DNA of 64,000 nt from the human T2T-CHM13v2.0 reference genome, Homo sapiens (GCF_009914755.1 NC_060935.1), one strand, 5' to 3'; shown: positions 1 through 13,900, counted from the first letter of the stretch. Notes: a model not told the origin generated them from the letters alone. Program-made: numbers and translations.

Positions 1-1534
1 TTTCCCATCTGTGATTTTTCAGGTCCTAGGATGTTTCCCTCTGGCAACCAACATTTTTTTTCAGAGAGGAAAAAATGTATCTGTAGTCACTGCCCATCTT
101 CTGGCAGAATGTGTTGAAAGGTGTACACTCAAGAGCTGCAAGACGATCCATATTATTACTTTCACTATTTCCTTGAACATCATATTTCAGTCAGGAGGTA
201 CTATGGTAGACTGCTAGTTAACCTCTGAAAACCAATTAGTGTGTGGATTTGCATTTAGGGGCTACTCTCCTAACCTTGTAATAATCTGGGCCTCTGTCAG
301 AATTGAGTACAACACATCTTTTCCCATCTATGTAGTGCCTCCAAAGCAATTTTAATTTTAGAAAATATCTTCTCCTATGGTTTGGGTTTTCTGTATCATA
401 ATAACCAGAAGTCATTAAGCAGTTTACATCTATACAGCAGTGGCTAAAAAGCGGAATCTCTGCCAGTATGCATTTGATGAGCATCACTGATTATGTGTGA
501 TTTCCAGCAGTTCGTTTCAGTATAATACCAGCCATTAACACTGGGTGGCTAGTTTTCCAAGTGTATCCTAAAAAGTGTGATCCAGATCTGTTTTTGTTGT
601 GCAAAGTGTAATATTGATGCCTCGTCTTCTGCCAGTGGCAAAATGTATCTGTTTTATACTGAAAAGTACTAATGCTGGTTGAGGTTTTCTTTTTTTCTTT
701 CTTTCTTTTTCCCCCCCACAGAGCACACTCTGCTGTATGTGCAAACAACATACTTGAGCAATGTCTCATGAAAGGCAATGCGCTGGAGCAAATGCATTTT
801 CAGTTACATAATTCCCATTTCCAGATATTGTGATTCTTGTTTGTTACTTTTTGAGCCATTTCTATACAATGGCCACCTTGGCCAGGCCACATTTCCCAAC
901 ACATAGAGATTCTCATTCTTGCTTTGCATTGAGTTGGATTCTGTTTATGATATATACCAGAATGCACTCAGACAATAGGTAGGCTCTCAGAACAGCCAGA
1001 GAATGCCCTCTTTTGTGAGAAGATCCACAAAAAACTACTGAATAGATGATTCTTTTACAAGCAGGGAACCTTTAGGCATCAAAAGTTTAGAAACATAGCT
1101 CTGGGTGTTAGGCTTTTGTCTTCTTAAGACAGAAAGGATCACTTGCAGTCCAGGTTACATCTAATTTTACAAAGAATGAGTAGAAAGTATAACTGATTTA
1201 TTTCCAAAATTTAATCTGCTCATGTAAAATATAAAAACAGAAAGGGCTGTGAGGGTTTTTAATCTTTTCCTTCTTACAGACTTCACCTACATTACTTGTG
1301 AATATGTTTTTAAGATTTGTCTGATTCATATGATTTTCCATAAGACACTCAGATGTGGATGTCTTTGCTTTACAGTATTGTAGCCTGCTGAACTAGCATA
1401 CAAAGTGGAAAAGGTCGGCCACATTCATTCAACAAAAAGACACAGGGGCAGAGGACAGACAGCACAGAAAGCATGGCTTTGCCCCTGCACCTGGCGATTT
1501 TTAAGTATCAGAGCTCTAATATGGGTTTTTCTGT

Positions 1535-1990
1535 CAATTCATTCATTCATTCAACAAAATTTTTTGAGTGTCTGCTATGTGCCTGACATCCTTCTAGGCA
1601 CTGTATTTTCAGAATTGAACATAATTGATCAAACTACCTTACTCATAGAGCTCATAGTGTCTAGGGAAGGGCAGAGAAGAAATGAAAAAAATGAAGGAAT
1701 ATATAACTCACTCCAGGTACAGGTAAGGTTGTATGTGAAGGCTTCCTAGTAGAAGAGCCTCCTAAACTGAATCTTAACTAAGAATTGACCAGGAAAAAAA
1801 TGGAGGAGCGAGAAGGAAATCATTTTAGTATGAGAAGGTTCTGGAGTCATGCAGATGAAACAGAGTGTGTAGTGTGCTTGTGGTGCTGGCAGCAGTTTGG
1901 TGTTGCTGTAACTTTTGGGGTGAGACAGGGAGTGAGGCCAGCTATGGTACCACGTTAAAGAGCTCGGTCTTTGTACAGCCAAGACTGGAG
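1535..1990 (-). mobile_element. L2 3' fragment
   Basis: attcattcattcaacaaa...tttgagtgtctgctatgtgcc. Confidence 0.6.
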
Positions 1991-2500
1991 AAGACAATAG
2001 ATTTAAGAAAGTGACAAGATCAGATTTTCAAGCACTTATTCTGTGCTCTTGTGTGGTACTGCTGGGTGTGGGAACTACAAAGATAGGAAGACACTACAGG
2101 TCCATGATCTGAAGTGCTCACTTCTGCACTGCCCACCCACCTCTTTTTTTCTTTTTGGTCTACTTTACTTTCTTATTCAACTCTAGACCTGCTCTCCCTC
2201 AATCCACGCCCAGCACACCCTTCCTATCCCTTAAGTGCAAGTTGGGCATTTGGTAGCCAGTCCCTGTCCTTTTGCACAGAGATCCAGCATGGAGAATAAC
2301 AAAACTATTTCATAACTCCTCGGCAAGGCTGACATATTAGCTTTAGTTTCTATCATCAATACCTGCTAGTCCCATGATTCATGGCACCAGAAAACTGACG
2401 ACCAAAAGACCCAATTCCCTCACATTTTAAGCCATCAAACAAATCTACCTTTACAAGGAAACTTGAAACGGTATCTGTTCTTTAAAAACCAATGCACAAC

Positions 2501-3893
2501 AGACACATAAACCAATGGAACAGAATAGAAAACACAGAAACAACACCACACGTCTACAACCATCTGATCTTTGACAAACCTGACAAAAACAAGCAGTGGG
2601 GAAAGGACTCCTTATTCAGTAAATGGTACTTGGAGAACTGGCTAGCCATATGCAGAAAACTGAAAGTGAACCCCTTCCTTACACCATATACAAAAATTAA
2701 CTCAAGATGGATTAAAGACTTAAATGTTAACACCCAAAACTATAAAAACCCTAGAAGGAAATCTAGGCAATACCAGTCAGGACATAGGCACAGGCAAAGA
2801 TTTCATGACGAAATTGCCAAGAGCAATTGCAGCAAAAGCAAAAAATGACAAATGGGATCTAATTAAACTAAAGAGCTTATGCACAGCAAAAGAAACTAGC
2901 ATCAGAGTGAACAGGCAACCTACAGAGCAGGAGAAAATTTTTGCAATCTATCCATCTGACAAAGGACTAATATCCAAAATCTACAAAGAACTTAAACAAA
3001 TTTACAGGAAAAAAACAACCGCATTAAAAAGTGGGCAAAGGATATGAACAGACACTTCTCAAAAGAAGACATTCATGCAGCCAACAAACATGGAAAAGAG
3101 CTCATCATCACTGATCATTAGAAAAATGCAAATCAAAACCACAATGAGATACCATCTTATGCCAGTCAGAATGGCAATTATTAAAAAGTCAAGAAATAAA
3201 AGATACTGGTGAGGTTGCAGAGAAGTAGGAATGCTTTTACACTGTCGGTGGGAATGTAAATTAGGTCAACTATTGTGGAAGACAGTGTGCAATTCCTCAA
3301 AGATCTAGAACCAGAAATACGATTTGACCCAGCAATCCCATTACTGGGTAAATACCCAAAAGAATATAAATCATTCTATTATAGAGATACATGCATGAGT
3401 ATGTTCAGTGCAGCACACTTCACAATAGCAAAGACATGGAATCAACACAACTGCCCATCAATGATAGACTAAAGAAAACGTGGTACATATACATAACGGA
3501 ATACTGTGAAGCCATAAAAAGGAATACCACCATGGAATACTATGCAGCCATAAAAAGGAACAAGATCATGTCCTTTGTAGGGACATGGATGGAACTGGAA
3601 GCCATTATCCTCAGCAAACTAATAAAGGGGACACAAAACCAAACACCGCATGTTCTCACTTATAAGTGGGAGCTGAACAATGAGAACATATGGACACAGG
3701 GAGGGGAACAACACACACTGGGGCCTGTTTGGGGGTGGGGTGGGAGGAGGGAGAGCATTAGGAAAAATAGCTAATGCATGCTGGGTTTAATACCTAGGTG
3801 ATGGGTTGACAGGTGCAGCAAATCACCATGGCACGTTTACCTATGTAACAAACCTGCATATCCTGCACATGTACCCTGGAACTTAAAATAAAA
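2501..3893 (+). mobile_element. 5'-truncated L1PA element (ORF2 C-terminus plus 3' UTR)
   Basis: ORFs match the L1 ORF2 C-terminus ([21 protein letters not shown]); TSD CAATGCACAAC at 2490-2500 and 3894-3904. Confidence 0.92.
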
Positions 3894-4104
3894 CAATGCA
3901 CAACCTTTCCCAAAGAAAGTTTTCTTCCAGAATTCATAAAGAAAGGTTTCTTTGGGAAATGTTGTGCATTGGTATTTAAATAACAGAGTAGTACCTTGTT
4001 CTACCAATTAAAGTAGTACCAACCATCTTTATTTTCCTCCATCAAGTACCCCACAGGGCTTTTCATTGCAATTCACATGCAGCTAGTCCTATCCCTAATT
4101 TGGG

Positions 4105-4126
4105 GTGTGTGTGTGTGTGTGTGTGT
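4105..4126. repeat. (GT)11 microsatellite
   Basis: Directly visible. Confidence 0.95.
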
Positions 4127-4975
4127 TTTGCCTTTGTGTTCTTTCTGTTGCTTGCCAGAAGCACATACCACTACTAAGGCTTTATAAACTTCCTGTCCCC
4201 AAAACCATTTCTCTCACATTCCTCCTTTCACTAGTCATTTAAAAACAGTAAAACCCATTTCTTTATCCTGACACTATGGTTCCATTTTCCACAAATCTCC
4301 TTGTCTTGGCCCAGAAGCATATTTTGTAGACCTGCAATTAAAATTTACTTATTTTTTAATTTCCCAACTTATCAGTCTTCAGTATACATTTGTTGTAATA
4401 TAATCTTCATTGTATTCTAGGTTATCGTAATTTATGATCCCCCTCTTGCTGAACATGTAGGTTGTTTCCAATTTTTCACATTAAAACATAATGCTGTAAC
4501 ACACCTTTAGGCATAGCATCTCTCTTCTGTGAACTATGTCTTTATGCTAAGTTCACAAGAGCAGGATTACTGATGTGAAGGTATAAATATCTTTATGATC
4601 TTTTACTACAGGATTGGCATAATGCTTTCCTAAAGCATTAATTTTGTAATGCAAACAAAATGATTGATATATATTCTTGACCTTACAAAAGCAGTAAATC
4701 ATGAATGCAGCATCTGCAGATGGCTCATCCTGCATTCATGCTGCAGGAAGTTCAGGTCACAGTTTTGAGTGTGTCCTTTCATTTTTAATCAACTTCTGCT
4801 CTTAAAACTTAGAAGTATACAATATCAACTTCCAGCATAACAGAATTAACCACAAAGACTGCTTAAAATGTTATTATGAGAATATTATACTAGTGCCATT
4901 TTTAGCTTATGACACTTATCAATGTCATTTAACCTTAGAAAAATGTTATCTAAAAGGCAACTGCAAGCAAAATAT

Positions 4976-4981
4976 TTTATT
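4976..4981 (-). terminator. Candidate distal polyadenylation signal AATAAA
   Basis: tttatt on the + strand; T-rich sequence downstream on the minus strand. Confidence 0.55.
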
Positions 4982-7752
4982 GAAAATTCAGAAAAGTTAC
5001 AACACTTTAAGACAGCGTTTTTCATATTCTGTTATAAAGAAAAATGTTAAAAGAATTGACTTGAATGTTATATTTAGGTTTCATTCAAACTAACAAAATC
5101 ATTTTGAAAAACAAAAATCCACCCACAGCTGAATTTATTCAGGGTGTAAACATATATTTTCCTATTTGTTATCAAGAAAACGCTAATGAAATATTTTTAG
5201 TGTTCTTTTCAAAACAGCATCTTTCTGGACCCAATTTAAATAGTAATTTAGTATTAGTATCTAGTTCACATAGATTACTGATTTGTGTGTGTGTCTGCAT
5301 ATACTTGTGCACGCATGCATGTAGGAACTAGCTAATTTTAATATGAAATTTTAAGAATCAAGAGTGATTTGCTATTTCACTTATCATAGGGCAATAAATA
5401 GCATTTCTAGCCATTTCTTAGGCATGTTTCCTTATCTCATAGGTCAAAACCAATCAGTTTCAGAAAGTTTAGCCTAGTAAGTGCCAATGGCATAAACAAG
5501 ACTAACCATAATGCTGCCAAAGTATTAACTATTACAGCCAGGAATTTAATGTTAGGAAGTACAACTACACTTTTCAGATCCAAGTTTCTCAAATTTTCTT
5601 ATTAAGGGAAGCTAGGTGAGCCAAAAAGATCAGACTCATTTTTTAAAAAGTCATTATTGTATATTATCGATGTTCTGTATGTTAACCAAATTATTTTATT
5701 CCTCAACAGATGGTATTGAGCCACTGATGCTATTTAAATAATTTTATTTATTATTTACACTAGCTCTATTTCAAATCTTCTCCTTTTAAATGAAGAAAGA
5801 AGTGAGGTCAAGACCTAGTTTGTGTATACTGTCAGTAAACAGATCCACTACTCAGATGCTGTACTGAAATCTATGAGAAGACATAAGTAAGCTATAGTAA
5901 GACTTGTGCCTTGCCACAGCTAGAAATGGCACTAATACTTTAATATTTCAAGTAATATTTTATAGTATTTTGCAGTTAAAGAGATTTTACATAACTACTA
6001 TGAAACTACTAAGATTAGACACTGTTAGGAAATTCAAAACATGCACATTGACATACAACGCTTGTAAATATGTAAGTGCATTTTCCAGGCAAGATGCAGA
6101 AATCATTTTAATAACAGAGAATTTAGTGAGAATACGACTAAATATAATGTGGCATTTGCTAATACAGACTTGTTTTCATTTGGTAACATCATCTAAACTG
6201 GTTTTTAACCAAGAATACGCTGTAGCTCTTATTTTCTTAATTGTAAAGAAATCTGGCCATGTGGGGAAAAGAAGTCCCTCTGAAAAAAACGTCTGAGAAC
6301 CAGTGTTTTGACAAGTTGACTCTGATACTGATGAAACTCTTGGGTGTAAGGGAACAGTGATTAACTGACTTGGAACGGAGCTCATTAGAGGTAAATAAAG
6401 CTTTCCTTTCTTTCCCCTCAGTAGCAGAAAAGTCTCTCAGGCAACTGATTAACTTTCAGGGAATAGTTCTTCACTGTGGTGGCCAACAAAATGCTGAAGT
6501 CATTTTAGTCACAGTGTGATGATCCAAAAGTGATGAGATACAAAATTTGACAGGTGCAATCACTCTCATTTCTCCAGGCTCCCAAAATAAAAGCAAGAGC
6601 TGGTATAATCGAAATATCGTCTCCAAAATCTTTAGGAAATTTTACGACTTATTAAAGCTAAATTTTCAGAGAAAAAATTACCCACTGGTTATTTTTGCAA
6701 ATAAAATGCATCATCAAATACCCTTAATAAGAATACATTTAAGCTTTCCATCTAAATAGTGTTTCTTGTTGAGAATTAAAACTTTCTTCCTTTCTAGCCC
6801 CTCTTCTTTTCTGCAATTCAACTTTTTCTTGTTTTAAAGTATTCATCATTTATTGAATTTAGTACTGGATGTTGATTCACCATTCTTATTGCTAAAGGAA
6901 GCCTGATTGATAATATACTCAAGATGAGTTTGTGCTGAATTTAAAAATTATTTATTGCTATGATCAATTTTATTCAAATTTCATTGCATTTGATGAATTC
7001 CTTAAGGAAAATAAACAATGGGCCAAAGTGTAAAAATTAAATAACATACATAGACTAGAAATATTATCTGAAAACAGGTGACAAAAATCTAATGCTGCTT
7101 CCTATTAAATAATAATTTTCAACTCATTTTATATCAAACTATAAAGTTTTTTAAACATCTAATTCAAGATTATATAATACTAGTTTCAGTGAAGATTCGT
7201 TTTCCTATAACTTCTTCTGCATTCTCTTAGTATGACTAAAGGCTCAGTGTAACAGAATTGATATAAAAGTATCTCAAACAATTACTGTTGATACCTAATG
7301 TGAATGGTTAAAAAAGTTTTGATTCTTATGACTTTGTACCAAAATAAAGCTTCTGATATATCTTTAGGATTGTATTTGATGATCAGTTAACGATACAAGC
7401 AAAAAATACTTGAACTAAGTTAACATTTACATATAAAAATAGAGAATATATACAACTATAGTGATCTTGATGATATCTTCAAGTATGGTATACTAACAAA
7501 CTAGAGTATCACCAGCCTGAGTAAACAGTTCATGTTTTAAAGTCTAAATTGTTTTTAAAGTCAGAAGACAATTCTATTCTTAATAATTTTCATTTTCCCC
7601 ACTAACTGAGAGATTCTTTATCTTGGTTAATAACTTGAAAAATATGGAATAATTAGAAGTTATTTGTCTGAAAGAAGCCTGGAGTGTCTCAATATTTAGA
7701 AGGGAGTTTATGGATTTTTTCTAAGCATGAATCCCTTTATGTTATGATTCTT

Positions 7753-8072
7753 GTATATATTTATTGTTGTTTTAGTTTTTAAGAGTTGGGATCTCCCTCT
7801 GTAACTCAGGCTGGAGTGCAGTGGCACAGTCATAGCTTACCACAGCCTGAAACTTTTGTGCTCGAGGGATCCTCCTGCTTCAGCCTCCTCAGTAGCTGGA
7901 ACTACAGGTACACGCCACATCAGGCTAATTTTTTTTTAAATTTTTATGTTTTATAGAGTCGAGGTCTCACTATGCTGCCCAGGCTGGTCTCAAGCTCCTG
8001 GCCTCTCAAGTGATCCTCCCAACTTATCCTCCAGAGTAGCTGGGATTATAAGCACAGACCACCACACCTAGC
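7753..8072 (-). mobile_element. Diverged AluJ-like element in the 3' UTR
   Basis: Dimeric Alu sequence; TSD TGATTCTT at 7745-7752 and 8073-8080. Confidence 0.88.
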
Positions 8073-9323
8073 TGATTCTTTTATTCTGCTCATAATAAAT
8101 AAAAGGCTGTGATAAGAAAAGCCACAGGGCTGGAAAGAGTCCACAAATCCTCCGTTTTCTGAGGTGTCTATTTTCTGCCATTCAGGAATGTGGTGCCTAC
8201 AAAACTCAGGAAAGGAAGGTAATAATTAAAAAAGCTCAAGCCACAAATAGTATAGCTAGACACACATCTTACTAGCCAGGAGTTTCACCAGCAAGCGGTC
8301 TCTATTCTGTTTTAAAAGAACATAGCTTCTTTCTCTTGCTGAGGTTTATATGGCCACAGTGTAGGCTTCTTGGAGTTCCCTGATTTTCTGCTCAGGTCAC
8401 ATATACTATTAAAAATCACACATTCATTTTCAAAGTATTAAAATATAATCAAATAGATTCAACACTAAAATTAAGCTGAACATAATTTATTCTTTTTCTT
8501 GGACATGATGTGAGAAATAAAACATCCTGGCCTGGGAGTCAGAAGATTAGGTTTTCTTGATCTCAAGGCTGAGTGGTCTCGACCAAGTTACTTAACCTTT
8601 CTAGGCCTCCTTTTCCTCTGACGAAAAACAAGGGAGTTGCACTGGATAAGTTTTAAAGTCCCTTTTCAAATTTCATTGAAACACTAAGTCATGATCTTGA
8701 ACAGTGCCTCTTGACTATGAAGATCAACTACCATTAGAGTGTAAAATTAATTCTAGTGTTTGCAATTTTCTGATGCTTATATTATGTTAATGGGAGTTTT
8801 CTATACTTCCAGGAGCCAATCATTAGAATTTGGCTAATAAAAACATAACTGAGATTTTTTTTTTTTACACTGTACATAAAGTTTACTTTGGCATTCACAG
8901 GGATGATCTGGAGAGAGCTTTTTGTTATACATGTTCTTATTTTATTCTCTTATTGTTGAAATCCTATTCTGTTCTCAAGTGAGTGGCAAAAGAGTAGCAT
9001 AAAAGAGAGATATCTTGGTTAAGGTATTTCTTACTGAGATAAAAGAATAATAGAAGTATTTTTATTCTTTAATTTTTTTACATTTTAATTTTTTCAATTT
9101 TCAGAACTTAATTTTTTGAACTATTGCTAACACTTAAAAGCAAGGATTTTTCATAGGTTTACCACTACTGGTAAAGAGTTATGATTACTTCCAAAATATT
9201 AATATCGTGCCAAAGAAAACAGAGTTTGTTACCATTTTTATGTATATAGCAATGTATTTTACTAGTTATCTTGATAATTTTCAGAAATGGGACAAAAATA
9301 GAAGACTCATGATTCTGCTTTTA

Positions 9324-9631
9324 CTATTTCAAACCAGATGTTAAGCATGTTGAATTCAAATTTAGAAAAGGACTCTGTGGAGTGCCAGCTACAACTTTGG
9401 GAGTAGGATAAATAATTTCTTCAACAGTTATATATGTACCTAATAAGAAGCCAACAACTCCAGTGAATGCTATAGAAATATTTTTCAGGACCATCCATAT
9501 ATTATAATGTTCCTTCGAAAATGTAAGAATTTCAACCAAAGGTGGCAGGATTAGGGCCAATGTGCTGCTGCTCACAGCTCCAACGAAGGAAATCACAATG
9601 TCTAAACGAGGAATAAGAATTGCTCCGGCAC
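9324..9631 (-). CDS. SLC36A4: PAT4 last coding exon 11 ([18 protein letters not shown]...TSGLK*, 308 nt)
   Basis: Acceptor TTTTCTAG; stop TAG followed directly by TAA; total CDS 1515 nt. Confidence 0.96.
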
Positions 9632-9999
9632 CTAGAAAATGAAAATACATTTATTTTTCTTATTTAAATGTTTGTTACTTACATGAATATTAACAGTAAG
9701 TATTTTCAATACTGAATGTAATTACTAGAAATAATTAATGAAAGTTGAACTACTAAACTATTGCTTGTGAAAAAAATCTGCCATATTTTGTTCTAAGCTA
9801 GAGAGAGACAGAAAGACCAAAATAGTGAGTGACATGTCCTAGACTTACACTTGTCAACAGTTTCTTATGTAAACAACTTTTAATTTTTTGCTTTAAAATT
9901 CTGGGCAAAGAAGTTTTGATAGTTTATTTCCAGAGCATTTGCATTACTTTGTCTGCCCATACAGCTCAATAACGCACAAGACATAGAGTGGTGGGACAT

Positions 10000-10766
10000 A
10001 AATAAATGAGAGAGAAGAGATAGCTATTCCTTAAAGTAGAATTCCAATTAATCAAAATAGAAGGAACAATGGAAACAGAAAAGCATTAAGCAAATACCAC
10101 AATAATCACAGGATAGGAAGAGTCACTGATGAATGCTGAAATTAGTGGGCAAAAACTGGATGAGATCAGAGTTTCAAAATATCTTCCTTCAAGATACTTA
10201 TTAATTATAAAAGGAGAACTAGTAGCTTTACAGTGGAGAAATATGTCAACAGACCACCTTAGCCAAGTCAACAAAATTAACATCACCAATAAGACACTGA
10301 TACTATGATGTGATACACTGAGAAGTGCACAGCATCACTTCTGTGGGATTCTTGTTAAAAATGCTTAACTTCAACCTAATCATGAGAAAGCATCAGAAAA
10401 ATTCAAATTGAAAGAAATTCTACACAATTACTGACATTTCGAAAGTGTGAAGGTCAAGAAAGACAAAGAAAGTCAAGGACAGTCAAGATTGGAAGACACA
10501 AATGAGTATGACAGCTAAATTCAAGTGGGACCATGGCTTATGTCCTGGACCAGAAAAGGATCTTAGTGGGAAAACTGGCAAGATTATCATAAGGTCTATA
10601 AAGTAGTTAATAGCATTGTATCCATGCTAATTTCTTGGTTTTAATAACTGTACTGTGATTATGGAAGCTGTGAACATCAGAGGAAGCTGAGTAGAGGTTT
10701 ATGGTAACTACTTTCTTTTACACCCTTTCTGTCTAAATTACTTCAAAATGAAAAGTTTAAAAAAAA
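10000..10766 (+). mobile_element. Ancient L1M (MC/ME-type) 3' fragment
   Basis: Resembles L1M 3' UTR (tacagtggagaaa...agaccaccttagccaagt; ends aaaagtttaaaaaaa). Confidence 0.6.
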
Positions 10767-10769
10767 TAG

Positions 10770-10975
10770 TACTCCACTATTGTCAGCAGATTTCCAAACT
10801 GTTGATGAGTTTTCTGCAAGTTCTGGTCTGGCGCTTTCTTGATCTTATCAAAATGCATCAACAGAAGATTTGCAAAAACCAAGACTCATATTCCTTCTTT
10901 ATTTGTCCTTAACGGTTTTGTTAAATGATTTGTTGAGGGTCTGGAGTTGCCACCAGAAATAACACCTGTGTTTGC
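10770..10975 (-). mobile_element. Fossil pogo/Tigger-like DDE transposase fragment
   Basis: Minus-strand pieces translate to VISGG..LQTL..NK..KD..KEYESWF..NLLL..DKIKKAP..LAE..VWK..TIVE, resembling the pogo/POGK DDE C-terminal region. Confidence 0.55.
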
Positions 10976-13900
10976 TCATATACAGGCTGTGACAAGTACA
11001 TCACCACTGCCATCGATGACGATTATATCACCACATTTCCTCTTTGGGGACTCCAATTATGGCATGTGTTGGAGACACATATATTCCTGTTAGTAATTTA
11101 GTTTTCAGCTTGCAGTACAATGGTTTCTCTACTTCTTAATTTTCAATTTATGACGTTTTATTTTTTCCTTTTTCTATTCTTTCTGTGGCTTTCAATATTT
11201 TCCAGGAGGTTGTGGGATCAATTTGGAACTAAGTTCCCACCATGTTCCTCATATAACCAGAAGTTATTATTTATCATTCTGTATTCAAATTATTATGAAA
11301 GCTAAAGCCCTAAAAACTGTTTTGAAATTATAAACGTAGCTTTACATCTATAGGGCTGAAGTGGCATAACCCTTTATAAATGAAATAATTGACTCTAAAG
11401 AAGTAGAAATAACTAGCTCTAAAGACCTCGAAAGTAGAAATACTTTATAAAGTAGATTATTCGTCTAATAGATGCTTGTTACATATATAGCCTTTTAACT
11501 TTGCTCTCTAGGGAGCTATAGAGCATAACTCTCAAACATAGTTAGGACCTCTCAAAATTCATTGAACATAATCATTTGTGGAGACATGTTTGTTTCACCT
11601 ACTTATAGTAAGTAGTAGTATAAAAGTGAGGCCAGACAAATATGACCAGAATCTTGCCACCTGAAGAGGCTTTCAATTTGGAATCCATTTTTCTTTGTTT
11701 ATCTATAATCCAAGCTGTCACTAGTAAATCAAGTGAAATATTGTTGGAAAACTATGTGGGGGAATACTATAGCACTTTAGAATTTATAGACAAAATTTCC
11801 ATCTAGCAAACACTTTTAAATCATGAAGTATAATTCTCATCTAAAATCTGTTTAAAGTCAGATTTTAAACATTATATTACCAAAAGATATTTGCTTGTAA
11901 AAATGGTTTGAAATATGCTATTGGTAATGTTATTAGTAGACAAAGAAGACAAGTATACATACTTTTAGCCAAATCCAACATATATTAATAAAAACTCAAA
12001 GCAGAGTTTAAAATAAGGATAGTTTTATTCATTACAAATACTATGTCATTTACAGACAGCTATTATGAATAGATCTATTAAGTACTAATCACACTTATTC
12101 AGTATTTACCAAAACTATATATAGCAAGAAAAAGAATGTATCCTTAGAGCATAAAGTTCCCTCTGATATTAAAATAAAAGCCTATTTAGGTCCATTATTT
12201 GCATCTGAAGGGTAAATGCAGATACATCAGAACACAAAACAAAGCACTTGATATTACAGCACCAAAAACAAAAATGTGGAAAATAACTTAGCACATTCAT
12301 TTTAATTATACAAATAGTTAATGGTGCTCTCCACATACCGACTCTAAGACAGGATATCAGGAAACAGAATGGTACTTTTCTAGTCTGCAGAGGCAACTAA
12401 CTTAAATGAAGGATTTTAGTGGGTTTTCTCTACAAACTACTAAAGATTTATAGGTTTTGATACTTATAAAGTCATAGTCTACTATAGATTATAAAAACAA
12501 GGACTTTTAAAAAATTACAAACAGTAGAAGGATCAACAAATTAGAGAGTAACAGAAGTAAATAGTACTTAGTATATTTTGTTGATTCAATTCATACACAG
12601 AATTGAAACACTGGTCTCAGTGTTTATTATAATACATTTAAAAATGTAATGGCTCATAGTACAGGTTTACTCTTAAAAGGTATTTATGTCCATGGTGACC
12701 TTTGGCTGGTTTCTACCGTCCCTCCTCCCTCACTTGTGAGGTGCCTATATACCAGGTAAGCACCTAAAGGGAACACGCAGGAGGAGTCTGAATCATTTCT
12801 AAAGTTTTTGAATTTCACTAAGAAGATATTTTGAGATCATGATTCAAATGCTAAATGGATACTTGGACACAACCAACATAATCCAAGCTGATAAGTCCAC
12901 TTCTTTAAGGACTAATACAACAAACATGGATTCAGTACTTGGAAAGGATTATGGAACATTGAAAGACATTCAATTTTCAATGCAAATCAGGCTGAGCCTC
13001 CACTCTCATTGCTAGTGCTGCTGCACAGCCTACTCTACAAACATGACAAAGTCCCATCAACTGTCTACACACATTTATCAGTAAAGTGTACGCCCCCAAA
13101 TCTTTTCAAGTGCTTTGGAAAACAGAATTAAAAAGCAGTTTTGCCATGAATATCAGTTGGCTTTTACTTTAATTTGGAAGGATATGTGCCAAAGACACAA
13201 ATGAAGTTCAGGTTCAGTGTCCAGTGATGTGTCCCAATATAGCAGAAGGAAATATTACAGTTTTTGTTCCCTTTCTCCAAGGCATATCCCATATATGGAT
13301 GAGAAGCTTTAATGACTTTTAACTAAAAGAAAGCAGCAGCCAAGAAAAGGCTGCAGTTCTCTGTGCTATGAACTAAGCCCCTGGCTTCTGGAAACAAACT
13401 CATGGAAGCAGATGTGGCGTGGTCTGTGCCTCAGCTGATTCATAACTTCAATACAACAATGCCAGCCAATATACAGAAATGGGTGAAGTTATAAAAAAAT
13501 CCTAGACCCCTTTTCCCATTGCCCTCAAACTCCTTTACCTGAATTTCCATTACCAACTTTAAAAGACGATATACTTTCAGAATAGAATTGTCTTACATCT
13601 ATTGATAAAAACACTTTTACTGAAATTAGTCTTTTTATTTAGTCATTACCAAAATGTCAATAAAATAAATGTATAAAAATACTTCAAAATGTCTTAAAAT
13701 ATCTTTTTCCTACTGAATGTTTTTTCATTTGTCATCAGAGTATGGGCTTATTGACTTCATTTGTTAATATGATTTCTCTTATTAGTGATATAATTCATTT
13801 AAGTAATTACTTCGAAAAATACATTTTATCTACTTTTTCAGCTTTGCATTTCCCATTTCAAACAAAATATAATACACTCAATTCTTTAAATCTAGGCATG

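Larger units (their letters stand above)
4960..9323 (-). other. SLC36A4: Probable long (~4.4 kb) AU-rich 3' UTR containing an AluJ-like and a MIR-like element
   Basis: Repeat-poor AT-rich sequence from the stop codon to a distal AATAAA; several proximal AATAAA also present (e.g. 9061-9066), so the length is inferred. Confidence 0.6.

Noticed and set aside
11-778. Three short ORFs, two of them back-to-back on the minus strand (236..487 and 491..778), as a possible pseudogene
   Set aside because: I recognise no protein family, poly(A)/TSD or splice structure; a blastx search would be needed
12751-12760. Strong plus-strand donor CAG|GTAAGC, suggesting an antisense lncRNA exon
   Set aside because: No partner acceptor or exon chain can be supported from sequence alone
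13200-13370. Possible CR1/L3 fossil
   Set aside because: Only short motif-level resemblance; too weak to call without an HMM search
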